From Bacteroidaceae bacterium (GTDB lineage: Bacteria; Bacteroidota; Bacteroidia; Bacteroidales; Bacteroidaceae): a stretch of 64,000 bases of DNA. Below are positions 37,609 through 46,081 of this stretch, in pieces (the stretch's first letter is position 1; every line of letters begins with the position of its first letter). The position numbers and the translations under genes were made by a program. Location: positions 5,358 to 69,357 of the forward strand of contig JAEDMP010000002.1 of NCBI GenBank assembly GCA_016302965.1, written 5' to 3'. Below the pieces are notes generated by a model that saw nothing but the letters and a program-made list of their open reading frames with translations, searched no databases and was not told the DNA's origin.

Positions 37609-40554
37609 TTATTTAACCACGTACTTCTTACCATTGAAGAGGTAGATGCCCTTGCTCAGTGAGTTGAGGCTGTTCAGGTCGTTGGCTACACGCACACCGG
37701 CGAGGTTGTAAACACCGTCTGCGATATGGGCCTTGACGGTATCCATCGATACATTGTCGATGCCTGTGCTGGCTTCCAGTCTCTCTGTTACACGATCGGC
37801 CAGATCCATCACATAGATGACAGCGTTGCTGGCACGAGTGAACTCCTGGGCGTTGGTGAGGCTGCCGGCAAGCAGTTTCTCAGCGTCAGCCAGACGGCGG
37901 TTCAGACGAGACAAGGCATTGATCACGCCCTGGTTTTCGCTGGTGGCGGCGCTTGCAGCAACGGCCTTGGCCTCGGCTACATTCTCTGCCATAGTAGCCT
38001 TGATGTCAGCATAAGCCTTGGCGGCATTGCCGAGGTAGAGCACCTCGTTGTCGCCGAAGCCGTAGATATTGGAACCGGCTCCGTCTACCTGACCGTAGGT
38101 GTACATACCCAGTTCGAAGGTGCCCTGGGTGTCGTCGCTCTTCTCTGCGTAAATCACATACGAACCTGCTTCATAGCCGTAGTCCTGCTGGCCGTTCCAG
38201 TCGCTCTTGCTGTAAGAGTAGTTGTACTCAATCAGACGGCTGTGAACAGGAACAGAGTCTTCTGCGCCAAGCGGACCGAAGATGAGGTGAACCTTGTTCT
38301 TGTCGCATACGAAGATGGTGTCGGCAACGATACCGTTCTCTTCGTCAGCCTCGATGATCTCAGCCTGACCATAGTCATTGCCGGGAATCACGTTCATGGC
38401 GTGGGCGTTGGCCACGTAAGCATAAAGACCCTTGTGGGTGAGTTCCACATCCTGTACGAGCTTGCTCTGGGGAGATACGGTGTAGCCACGGCCTACAGCG
38501 AGGCAGAGACCATTATCGTAGCTGTCGTTTGCGCTCTTCTTGAAGTTCTCCTTGCCGGCAACGGTTTCGGTGAAGGTCCAGCCAGAGGTGGTACCGGTAG
38601 CGAAGTCACCGTTCTTGATGGCGATGCTGGTGGGGTTATCTACGCTGGCAGTGGTGAGCAGATAAGCGGTTTGGGCAGCCTGCAGGGCAGCCAGTTTCTC
38701 GTTGTACTTGGCAATCTCCTCCTGGATGGCAGCATCATCTTCGAGGGTAGCGTAAGTGGCGATGAGGGCCTTGGCCTCGCTGATGGCCTGCTCGTAAGCA
38801 GCCTTCAGGGCAGCGTCACCATTGGCATTGAAAGGATCAGCCAGTTTCTCTTCGGCATCTGCCACAGCGTCTACGAGGTTGAAGTAGGGCTGGCAGTAGC
38901 CGTAGAGGTTCTGCATACCCTTGCGTACGATGTTCATGTAGTCCTTCAGAGTGGTGGGATATTCGGCATCGGTGTCATCATCCACGCTCACTTCCTTGCC
39001 GTTCTCGTCCACCTTGCTGAGCGAAGCGATATATTCAGCCTCACCCTTGGCGGTAGAGTCGTTCATCTGGGCCATACCCCACTTGTAGATGTCACCCATG
39101 GTGGCTACTACCTTGGCGGAGTCGATCATCACCTTGAGTGCGTTCTGAGCCTCGGCGATATCCTTAACCAGATTGATGTGGGCCATCTGAGCCTCAGAGA
39201 GACCTACCCGGCGAACACGGAGGTTGCTGAGAACGATGTAACCACCGCGGTTGTTGCCTACTTCCTCTTCGGGAATGGTGTAGTCGAAACCGAACTTCAC
39301 GTTGCCTTCCACACCGGCCTGGTCTTCGGGAATCTCGAAGAAGATGATGTAGCGCTTATTGCGACGGGTGTCCAGAACACCGAGGTCGATGGTCTGGTCG
39401 TTACCGAAGATGGTGCAGCCCTTCACCTCGCAGTTCCGGTCGGGATCATACTGAGATTTAGTTCCCTTCAGCATGTAGTAGCCCATCACATCAAGGTACA
39501 TGAAATATTTACCGGGATCCCAAGTCTTGGTAACCATAGCGTTACCATTGGGAAGGTCATATCCGCGTCCTATTTCAAGGCTGAGGCTTTCGCGCAAGCT
39601 CTCACGCACGGCAGCATCATTGCTGTTGCAGTGGAACCAGCGGCCAGAGGTCAGCACCCAGTCGTTCTTGGAGTTCAGTTTCTGACCCTTATTGGCATCA
39701 GCATTCCAGTGCTTGAAGTTGTCCATCATGCTGGCAGAGTTGTTCTCGAAGAAGGCATCGATGCTCTCGTCAATCATGTCGAGATATGCGGTCATGGCAT
39801 CGATGTCATCGGGATCGTCGCCTGCCTCACCGGTAAATGCGCTGTAGATTTCCTCCAGTTCGCCCTTGAAGTCATCTACGCCGTTATCCAACCAGCCCTT
39901 GGCGAGAATGCTCTCCACGTAATCCTTCTTGGCCTGCAGCAGACGGTCGTCGAACACCTGGTCTACCTTGTTGATAGAAATGTTGGCGATGCGGGTACCG
40001 GCAGCCAAGCGGTCGATATACATCACGAAGAAGTCACCCTGGTTCAGGTTGACAGTGTCGCTCACCATGGTCCACTCGCTGGTGAATGCGGCGTTGTCAG
40101 CTACGATGCGGGTGTTGGAGGTGTAGGTACCTTCCTGGTTCACGTAGAAACCAACATAGTTGGCGCTTCCGGCAGTGTTGGAGGTGTTGCCGGCTGCTGT
40201 TCCGAGAATGTAATAAGAGTAAACATAGAGACCGGAACCGCCGAGTTCATCGGCTGTCCAGATGCGTGCCAGCACGCTACCAGCAGCATCGCTCACGGCC
40301 TCGGCTGCTGTCTCCTGGTTGGGGCCTACGCCATTCACGAGAGCCCACGCGTCGGTAGCAGGTTCTCCCGCTGTCTCGTCAGAACCATTGGTCCAACCGG
40401 CAAACTGATTGGTGAAGTCACCATTGGTCACCACATTGTCAGTGGTGGTCTTGTACTTGGCATCCGGTGTGTAGATGTATTCGTCGCTGTTGTAAGCCGA
40501 CGCAGACATCACTCCCATGACTGCCAAGAACTGGAAAAGTAATCTTTTCTTCAT
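37609..40554 (-). CDS. Uncharacterised 981-aa secreted protein with CBM-like modules, helical linkers and a Prevotella-type T9SS C-terminal domain
   Basis: SPI signal; two NGDF..GW starts (VVTNGDFTNQFAGW, IKNGDFATGTTSGW); C-terminus TGIDNV...VYNLAGVRV...KGIYLFNGKKYVVK. Confidence 0.75.
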   Translation of the reverse strand: MKKRLLFQFLAVMGVMSASAYNSDEYIYTPDAKYKTTTDNVVTNGDFTNQFAGWTNGSDETAGEPATDAWALVNGVGPNQETAAEAVSDAAGSVLARIWTADELGGSGLYVYSYYILGTAAGNTSNTAGSANYVGFYVNQEGTYTSNTRIVADNAAFTSEWTMVSDTVNLNQGDFFVMYIDRLAAGTRIANISINKVDQVFDDRLLQAKKDYVESILAKGWLDNGVDDFKGELEEIYSAFTGEAGDDPDDIDAMTAYLDMIDESIDAFFENNSASMMDNFKHWNADANKGQKLNSKNDWVLTSGRWFHCNSNDAAVRESLRESLSLEIGRGYDLPNGNAMVTKTWDPGKYFMYLDVMGYYMLKGTKSQYDPDRNCEVKGCTIFGNDQTIDLGVLDTRRNKRYIIFFEIPEDQAGVEGNVKFGFDYTIPEEEVGNNRGGYIVLSNLRVRRVGLSEAQMAHINLVKDIAEAQNALKVMIDSAKVVATMGDIYKWGMAQMNDSTAKGEAEYIASLSKVDENGKEVSVDDDTDAEYPTTLKDYMNIVRKGMQNLYGYCQPYFNLVDAVADAEEKLADPFNANGDAALKAAYEQAISEAKALIATYATLEDDAAIQEEIAKYNEKLAALQAAQTAYLLTTASVDNPTSIAIKNGDFATGTTSGWTFTETVAGKENFKKSANDSYDNGLCLAVGRGYTVSPQSKLVQDVELTHKGLYAYVANAHAMNVIPGNDYGQAEIIEADEENGIVADTIFVCDKNKVHLIFGPLGAEDSVPVHSRLIEYNYSYSKSDWNGQQDYGYEAGSYVIYAEKSDDTQGTFELGMYTYGQVDGAGSNIYGFGDNEVLYLGNAAKAYADIKATMAENVAEAKAVAASAATSENQGVINALSRLNRRLADAEKLLAGSLTNAQEFTRASNAVIYVMDLADRVTERLEASTGIDNVSMDTVKAHIADGVYNLAGVRVANDLNSLNSLSKGIYLFNGKKYVVK

Positions 40555-40605
40555 GTTCTTATTGTTTTAAATTAGTGAATGTATAGTTTGCACAATATAG
40601 TGCTG

Positions 40606-40678
40606 CAAAGGTACGTTAAAGGGAATAATCCCGCCCCCAATTTTTGATATTTTAACCTTGAAAATTGGAAGCGGGATT
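40606..40678 (-). promoter_or_regulatory. -7 element and upstream imperfect hairpin between the PL11 gene and the 981-aa gene
   Basis: TACCTTTG on minus at 40606-40613; AATCCCGC..CCAATTTT / AAAATTGG..GCGGGATT at 40627-40678. Confidence 0.55.
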
Positions 40679-40723
40679 GGTTAATGCCCGCTCACGTCAG
40701 TCTGTTGGCTGTCAGCAGGGCTG

Positions 40724-43700
40724 TTACTTGCGGATTGTCACCTTTCTCACCTCGGTCTGATGGTCGGCACGCATCTTCACGAGATAGGTGCTGCTTCTCA
40801 GTTGGGCAGAGAGTCGCTGGGTGATGTCGCTCTTGCGTGCGGTGAAGGTCTGGAGCTTCTGTCCCGTGAGCGAGTATACTTCGCAAACCACCTCTTGGCT
40901 GTCGCCAATCTGCTGGATGCCGTCGGTAGCCGTAATCTTCAGCACACCCTCTTTGGTGAGCAGTTCAGAGTCGTCCCAGGCGAAGCCTGCGGGGAGTTCG
41001 GGCAGGCTTACCTTCGGAGTGCCGCTGAACGAGGCCGAGGCGGTCCACAGCGTGTAGGACGTTCCGGCCTTGGGTTCGAAGTCGTCGGTCAGACTCACCT
41101 TCACCGTACCGTTCAGGGTGATGTATTTCGTCTGCATCTGCGAGTTCTTGCTGTTGCTGATGAGGAAGTCGGCGGTGGCTCCGGCTGCCACGCTGGCCAG
41201 TCCGTTCACCTTGATGGTGCCGGGATTGGTCTCACTGTAGAGTGAGCGAGGAGCGAGGGTGCCTCCTGAGGCCACCGATACCGAACTGAGCAGTCCCTGA
41301 CCCATCACCTTGCCGCTGCCGTTCACGGTCAGCTGGTTGGTGCCGATGACGAGGTCGGCCAGCGACGACTGGTTGAAGGTGAGCGTACCTGCTTTGATTT
41401 CCAGGGCGGCCTTGATGCGTCCGAGGTTCAGCAGTTTCATCGTTCCTTCACCCCTTTTCACAATCTTCGAGTTGCTGTAGGCGGTGAATATCAGGTCTTC
41501 GTTGTCGTCACCGATATAGTAGGTGCCTGTACCGGCCAGCGTTCCCGTGCCCTGTACCTTGCCGATGGTCACTGCATTGCCGTTGTTGTTGAAGGTCACG
41601 TCGGCATTCAGTTTCAGGGTTGCCTTGGGCAGACCGTAGGCATTGTTGAAGTCGAATGAGGGGTCGTAGCTGCCACGCTTCTGGTAACCGGGGATGAGGG
41701 TGCCCTCGAATCCGCTCCAGTCACCCTTGAAGTAGTTGCGCACACCGGCGGCATTCACGGTGAAGGTTCCCTTGCCCGTGAGTTTTCCCGTGTAGTCGCA
41801 GCGCGGGTCGCAAATGAGGGTTCCCGTCTTTCCTTCCTCCACCACGAAGTTGGCCTTGTTGGTGTTGCCGGGCATTCCTTCCGAGTTGCTGTCGCTCAGG
41901 GTTCCTCCCTCGAAGGCCACGGTGACAGGCAACTGGTTATAGCCGCCGTCGATGATGTCGGTGACGGTTCCCTGCTTGATGACGAGTTTCGAAACCGTGT
42001 TGTTGCTGCCGAGTGCCAGCGTGCCGGCTCCCGTCTTGGTGAGTACGCGGTTGGAGCCGCTCTGCTTGATGCCTGTGTTCATGGTGAGGGTCTTGCCCGT
42101 AGCCACTTCGATGGTGGCGCCACCCTCGCCTACGGTGATGGTCTGCGAGGTGGTGACATTGTCGGAGATACCCAGTACGGCATTGTTGGTGATGTTGATC
42201 TTGGCGGCTGTTCCGCCGAGTGCTCCGTAGTCCTGGCCGATGCTGTTGGCGAGGGTCTTCACATAGAGCTTGCCGTTGGTGATGTCGGTCACGGCAAAGC
42301 GGTTGTCGTTGTTGATGTTCACCTTGCCCGTACCCTTGATGGCGAGGGTGGCATTGCCCACGATGCTGTCACCGTTCAGGTAGTAGGTCTTGGAGTTGTT
42401 GTTGAAGACCACGCTGGAGGGGGCTACCTTGCCACTGATGGTGACGAGTGTCGACGAGGCGTTGTCGTCGAAGATGACGGCATCACCGGGCACGAAGGCA
42501 CGCTTGTCTCCGCTCTCTACCGATTCGAAGTTGGCCGTTACGTCCACATCCCATTTGCTGTCCGACTCTCCGGTCCATACGACGGCACCGGCCTGATAGG
42601 TGGTCAAGGTGACATAGAGTTTGCCGTTCTCATGTGAGAGGGCGCATTTCATGTTGTTGACTCCCTCGATGAGGATGTCGTCTAAACTGCCTTTGATATC
42701 CTTCACCTCGCCGAGCAGATATTTTCCCTCGCCGTTGGCATCGGTATCGTTGGCATTCATCAGATTCAGTCTGAAGACGGGGGTAGCGTAGGCGGGGCCG
42801 TATTTCCAGTTCTTCTTCTCCACCTGGATGACCGTGGCGTTCACGGCATCGGCCTGACGGGTGGCGGCATCGAGGTCGAAAGCCACCACGGCACCGAAGT
42901 TGAGGATGAGCGAGTCGGTCGCCAACTGTCCGATGGTTCCGTCGTTGCCGGGCAGGATGGTTGCGTTATAGTCGGCCTGGATGCCTTTCTTGAAGGTGCC
43001 GCCCTCGGTGATGAGTGTCGTGTGTCTGTTCAGCCATACGCGGCTGTTCTCGATGGTTCCGTTGCTCACCAATGTACCGGCCCATACGTCGGTGTTGCCC
43101 GTATAGGTATGGTTGGCGGCGGGCATGATGAGGGTACCGTCGCCCTGCTTCACCAGTCGCATCTCACCCGTGAGCGCACCGCCGGTGAGCGTATGGGTAT
43201 AGGTGACGGTGGTGATGTTGCTGCTGTTGCCGCTGCCCTGGGTCCATGAGGGGGCATAGTCGGTGAGGATATAGGGGGCGGCTCCGTCGGCCACGGTCAC
43301 GTTCATGTCATTGGTTTCGCTGAGCAACAGGTGCTGGCCGTTGCCCTCGCTTCCGATGGTCCCGTTGTTGGCCACTTCCACGCGACCCGTGTTGATGAGG
43401 GGTGGGGGAGCGATGGTGATGCCTTCCAGTTCGCCGAGGAAATAGCTCACGTGGGGAGGCTGGTTATATCCGTTCATCTGCCAGACGATGGCATTGCGGT
43501 ACTGGTGGTCATGCCACAGGGTATAGTTGCGCCATGTGGTGGGAGTGGTGGTGGTATAGATGCGGATGTTGTTGTCTTCGGTGCGCATCACCACCTCCTC
43601 GCGCCAGTCGCCGAAGAGGTCGGCCTGCAGACAGGGCGTTGCCTTGGTGTGGTTGTTGGTCAGCGAACCCGTGAGGTTGGCAATGACACCGCTTCCATAT

Positions 43701-45235
43701 TTGATAATGACACCCTCCGTGTTATAGCTTCCCGAACCGTTGAACGACTCCTCGCAGAGGTCGCCGTCCCAGTAGATGCGGAAGTTCTGGGCGATATGGT
43801 TCTTCGTGCCCTCGGCGAGCCCACCGTAGGCGACGGAACTGATGAGGTTGGGGTCGCGGGCCGAAACGCCCTGACAGCCGGGGAACTCGTTGGAGAAGTT
43901 GCCCATGATGGCACGTCCGTCGTCATTGCCAGCCGTGAACCGGTAGAGAATCTTGCGGGTGGTGGCATCACAGAGGTTGTTGCCGGGGTGGTCTTCGTTG
44001 CATCCGAAGAACTCCTGTCCGTGGCGGTAGGGGTCGAAGTCGCTCACATGCTGGGCATCGCCGTGTCCCAATCCAGTGGTGGCCAGTCCCTTGCCGTTGT
44101 CGTCGATGGTCATCGAACCGAACACAATCTCATCCCTTCCGTCCCAGTCGACGTCGGCCACGATATAGTTGTGGTAACCCTGTCCGTACCAGCTGCCTGG
44201 CGTATTGTTGTTCCAGGTCCAGCGGGTGGTGAGCTGGTGGGTGGCGGCATCCACGTCGTAGGCAATCATCTTGTGGCGGGTATAGATGCCTCGTGCAAGG
44301 AAGATGCTGGGCTTCTTGCCGTCCAAATAAGGGGCACCGAAGAAATACTTCGAAGAGCGGTGGCCGTAGCCATCGCCCCAGGCTTTCTCGAGATTGCTCT
44401 CGTCGGCCTCTAATCGGCGCAGGGGATAGTCGATGTAGTTGGGGTGGCTGCTGGGGCCAATCTGATACGGCTTGGCGGTGGCTCCCTCCATGTAGAGCAG
44501 GTATTCGGCTCCTTCATGTACGAACCATTGTCCCGATTCGTAGGGGCGGTAGTTCTTCGACGCATCACCGATGGTAATCTTCTCGCCGTCAGCGGTATGG
44601 ATGATGGTGCCGTCGGCGGCCCGCATCACGCATTCGGCCTTGCCGTCGAGGTCCCAGTCGTAGGCGGCGATGTTGATTTCGTTGTTCTGGAAGTCACCCA
44701 TGTTCCTGCCGCAGTTGATCCACCACAGTTTCTCGCCCGTCAGCTTGTAGGCCTCGATGACGGTGTAGGTGTCGTCGCCTGTATTGGCATGGTCGAACTT
44801 CACAATCAGTTCGGGCTGGCCGTCGCCGTCAAGGTCGGCGGCTGTCGCATCGTTGGGCACGAACGTGCCGGACAACTTGCCATGGTCGGGCTTGATTTCG
44901 AGCCACGCATTGGCTAATGGTGTCACGGCTGCCGACGCCTGTTGGGCGGTTCCCCGCACCACGGCCTCCACGGTATACTTGGATGAGGTGGTGCCGCTTC
45001 GGTCCGTATAGTTCGAAACGGTGAGTGGCTGGGCGTTGAGCTTGGTTCCGTCACGGTAGATGTTGTAGGTCACATCATAGTATTCCTCTCCCAGGATGCG
45101 CCAGCTGCAAAACACCCCCGAGGTGGTTTTTACAGCTACCAATCCTCTGTCAATCTTGTCGACAGTACGTTGGGCAAATGCTGCTGTACCCGTCATCAGG
45201 GCGAAGAGCATCATAGATAGTACACGTTTTTTCAT
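40724..45235 (-). CDS. Polysaccharide lyase family 11 (YesW/YesX-like rhamnogalacturonan lyase) with autotransporter-associated beta-strand repeats and a T9SS CTD
   Basis: DRGLVAV..SWR, DLDGDG, ARGIYTRH, GQGYHN, GLGHGDAQH, ATPCLQADLFGDWREEV, HDHQYRNAIVWQMNGYNQPPH; PATR-like LVKQGDGTL..YTGNT and LTKTGAGTL; C-terminal VYSLTGQ...YLVK...RKVTIRK. Confidence 0.88.
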   Translation of the reverse strand: MKKRVLSMMLFALMTGTAAFAQRTVDKIDRGLVAVKTTSGVFCSWRILGEEYYDVTYNIYRDGTKLNAQPLTVSNYTDRSGTTSSKYTVEAVVRGTAQQASAAVTPLANAWLEIKPDHGKLSGTFVPNDATAADLDGDGQPELIVKFDHANTGDDTYTVIEAYKLTGEKLWWINCGRNMGDFQNNEINIAAYDWDLDGKAECVMRAADGTIIHTADGEKITIGDASKNYRPYESGQWFVHEGAEYLLYMEGATAKPYQIGPSSHPNYIDYPLRRLEADESNLEKAWGDGYGHRSSKYFFGAPYLDGKKPSIFLARGIYTRHKMIAYDVDAATHQLTTRWTWNNNTPGSWYGQGYHNYIVADVDWDGRDEIVFGSMTIDDNGKGLATTGLGHGDAQHVSDFDPYRHGQEFFGCNEDHPGNNLCDATTRKILYRFTAGNDDGRAIMGNFSNEFPGCQGVSARDPNLISSVAYGGLAEGTKNHIAQNFRIYWDGDLCEESFNGSGSYNTEGVIIKYGSGVIANLTGSLTNNHTKATPCLQADLFGDWREEVVMRTEDNNIRIYTTTTPTTWRNYTLWHDHQYRNAIVWQMNGYNQPPHVSYFLGELEGITIAPPPLINTGRVEVANNGTIGSEGNGQHLLLSETNDMNVTVADGAAPYILTDYAPSWTQGSGNSSNITTVTYTHTLTGGALTGEMRLVKQGDGTLIMPAANHTYTGNTDVWAGTLVSNGTIENSRVWLNRHTTLITEGGTFKKGIQADYNATILPGNDGTIGQLATDSLILNFGAVVAFDLDAATRQADAVNATVIQVEKKNWKYGPAYATPVFRLNLMNANDTDANGEGKYLLGEVKDIKGSLDDILIEGVNNMKCALSHENGKLYVTLTTYQAGAVVWTGESDSKWDVDVTANFESVESGDKRAFVPGDAVIFDDNASSTLVTISGKVAPSSVVFNNNSKTYYLNGDSIVGNATLAIKGTGKVNINNDNRFAVTDITNGKLYVKTLANSIGQDYGALGGTAAKINITNNAVLGISDNVTTSQTITVGEGGATIEVATGKTLTMNTGIKQSGSNRVLTKTGAGTLALGSNNTVSKLVIKQGTVTDIIDGGYNQLPVTVAFEGGTLSDSNSEGMPGNTNKANFVVEEGKTGTLICDPRCDYTGKLTGKGTFTVNAAGVRNYFKGDWSGFEGTLIPGYQKRGSYDPSFDFNNAYGLPKATLKLNADVTFNNNGNAVTIGKVQGTGTLAGTGTYYIGDDNEDLIFTAYSNSKIVKRGEGTMKLLNLGRIKAALEIKAGTLTFNQSSLADLVIGTNQLTVNGSGKVMGQGLLSSVSVASGGTLAPRSLYSETNPGTIKVNGLASVAAGATADFLISNSKNSQMQTKYITLNGTVKVSLTDDFEPKAGTSYTLWTASASFSGTPKVSLPELPAGFAWDDSELLTKEGVLKITATDGIQQIGDSQEVVCEVYSLTGQKLQTFTARKSDITQRLSAQLRSSTYLVKMRADHQTEVRKVTIRK

Positions 45236-45498
45236 TGTCAGTAGCATTATTTTTTATTGTATCTTCTTTTTTATGACCTGTATGGATATGCCAAGACTCG
45301 CCCCTATGGGGCGTATTCTTTCCATGAGAGTGGTTTCCGTCGGGGGTAGAATAGCTGATTCCCGTCTGGTTGTCTGTTTGATTCGTTTCAATTATGAATT
45401 GCAAAGTAACAAAAAAAAGCGCATACTTTCCCATAATTCATAGTTAAAATAATCAAATTGTTGACGAAAGGCTTTTTTGTACCTACGCGTAGTAGCAA

Positions 45499-45520
45499 TT
45501 GTTACCTCCCGAGGTAACAA
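45499..45520. promoter_or_regulatory. Palindrome with perfect 10-bp arms in the PL11/yjbQ divergent region
   Basis: TTGTTACCTC-CC-GAGGTAACAA. Confidence 0.55.
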
Positions 45521-45608
45521 ACATTTCAATTAATAGCGAAAAGTCTTGGATATGTCGCAAAGGTATCTTACCTTTGTAGCGCTTTACAGAAAAAACGATT
45601 TCCCGATT

Positions 45609-46019
45609 ATGATACAGCAAGTAGAATTTTCACTCTCTGCCAAGCGCAGAGGATTCCATCTCGTCACCGCCGAAGTGGTGGGACATCTGCCCTCGTTGCC
45701 ACAAACGGGGCTGTTGCATCTCTTCGTCCAGCACACCAGTTGCGCCCTGAGCATCAATGAGAATGCCGACCCTGATGTGCGGTCGGACCTGGAAAAGATT
45801 TTCAACAGGATGGTCAAGGAGAACGAACCCTACTATGACCATGTGCTGGAGGGTGCCGACGATATGCCCGCCCATGCCAAGAGCACGCTCTGCGGCGTCA
45901 GCATCACCATACCCATCTCGCGCGGACGGCTGAACCTTGGCACCTGGCAAGGCATCTATCTCTGTGAGTTCCGTGATTATGGCGGGCCGAGAAGATTAGT
46001 GGCCACCATCCTTTCCTGA
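45609..46019 (+). CDS. yjbQ: YjbQ/UPF0047 family (secondary thiamine-phosphate synthase)
   Basis: HTSCALSINENADPDV, EGADDMPAHAKS, LGTWQGIYLCEF; start MIQQVEF after a TACCTTTG element. Confidence 0.9.
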   Translation: MIQQVEFSLSAKRRGFHLVTAEVVGHLPSLPQTGLLHLFVQHTSCALSINENADPDVRSDLEKIFNRMVKENEPYYDHVLEGADDMPAHAKSTLCGVSITIPISRGRLNLGTWQGIYLCEFRDYGGPRRLVATILS

Positions 46020-46081
46020 CCTCCCCCCCTTCTTTTGATGATTCTTGCCCATCCGGTTCCTATATATTAATAAGGTAGAAA

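Larger units (their letters stand above)
20236..45235 (-). other. Polysaccharide utilisation locus, predicted rhamnogalacturonan-I/pectin-directed
   Basis: Co-oriented PL11 lyase, secreted protein, FAS1-SusC-SusD-FAS1-FAS1-SusC-SusD. Confidence 0.8.

Noticed and set aside
37726..40542. 938-aa plus-strand ORF antisense to the 981-aa gene
   Set aside because: Shadow ORF: the real gene avoids TTA/CTA/TCA codons, which leaves the mirrored frame open; the translation has no signal peptide or recognisable motifs
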